64,000 nt of DNA from the NCBI RefSeq assembly GCF_009914755.1, contig NC_060947.1. One strand, 5' to 3'. The stretch's first letter is position 1. The number at the start of each line of letters is the position of its first letter. Below the pieces are notes generated by a model, which did not search any database, had not been told where the DNA came from, and saw only the letters and a list, made by a program, of their open reading frames with translations. Source of the stretch: the human T2T-CHM13v2.0 reference genome, Homo sapiens. The position numbers were made by a program, and so were the translations under genes. Below, one piece after another: positions 63,866-64,000 of this stretch.

Positions 63866-63929
63866 CTGCGCGCTTGATGGGGATCTTCTTGTAGTCCTTA
63901 ATCATCAGGTATTTCACCAACTTATTTGC
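63866..63929 (-). CDS. MAGED4B: MAGE-D4 exon (ANKLVKYLMIKDYKKIPIKRA), start of the MAGE homology domain; the gene continues beyond the window
   Basis: 64 nt; CTCCAG| ... CAG|GTAGGC. All nine exons join into one continuous frame. Confidence 0.95.
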
Positions 63930-64000
63930 CTGGAGAAGGAGGAACATGCGGGGAGGTCAAGGCATGGGTGACAGCAGAGACGTGGCCCACAAGGGAGGAG

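Overview
Primate (human-like) genomic DNA, almost certainly Xp11.22. The right end (about 59.6-64 kb, minus strand) carries the last nine exons of a type II MAGE gene, MAGED4/MAGED4B; the two near-identical paralogs cannot be told apart from sequence alone. It also carries the intronic H/ACA snoRNA SNORA11D/E. The left 28 kb is a deeply nested stack of transposons: old L1M elements, a MER4C-type ERV1 provirus with TTAA TSDs, L1PA7, a full-length L1PA3 with a doubled 3' end, Alus and MaLR/ERVL LTRs. Most long ORFs in the track are L1 fragments. Between these lie less ordinary features: (i) an ancient, mostly non-TE unit present in three diverged copies (about 34.4-35.9, 38.5-40.4 and 48.0-50.7 kb), one of which supplies the second exon of a cleanly spliceable 123-aa ORF; (ii) a decayed, possibly env-like coding relic at about 28.3-30.3 kb; (iii) a marked rise in CpG density in old repeats to the right of about 40 kb. 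Repeat subfamily names are by-eye matches to remembered consensus sequences and need RepeatMasker/Dfam confirmation. I found no convincing new multi-gene system; the candidates are ranked below.
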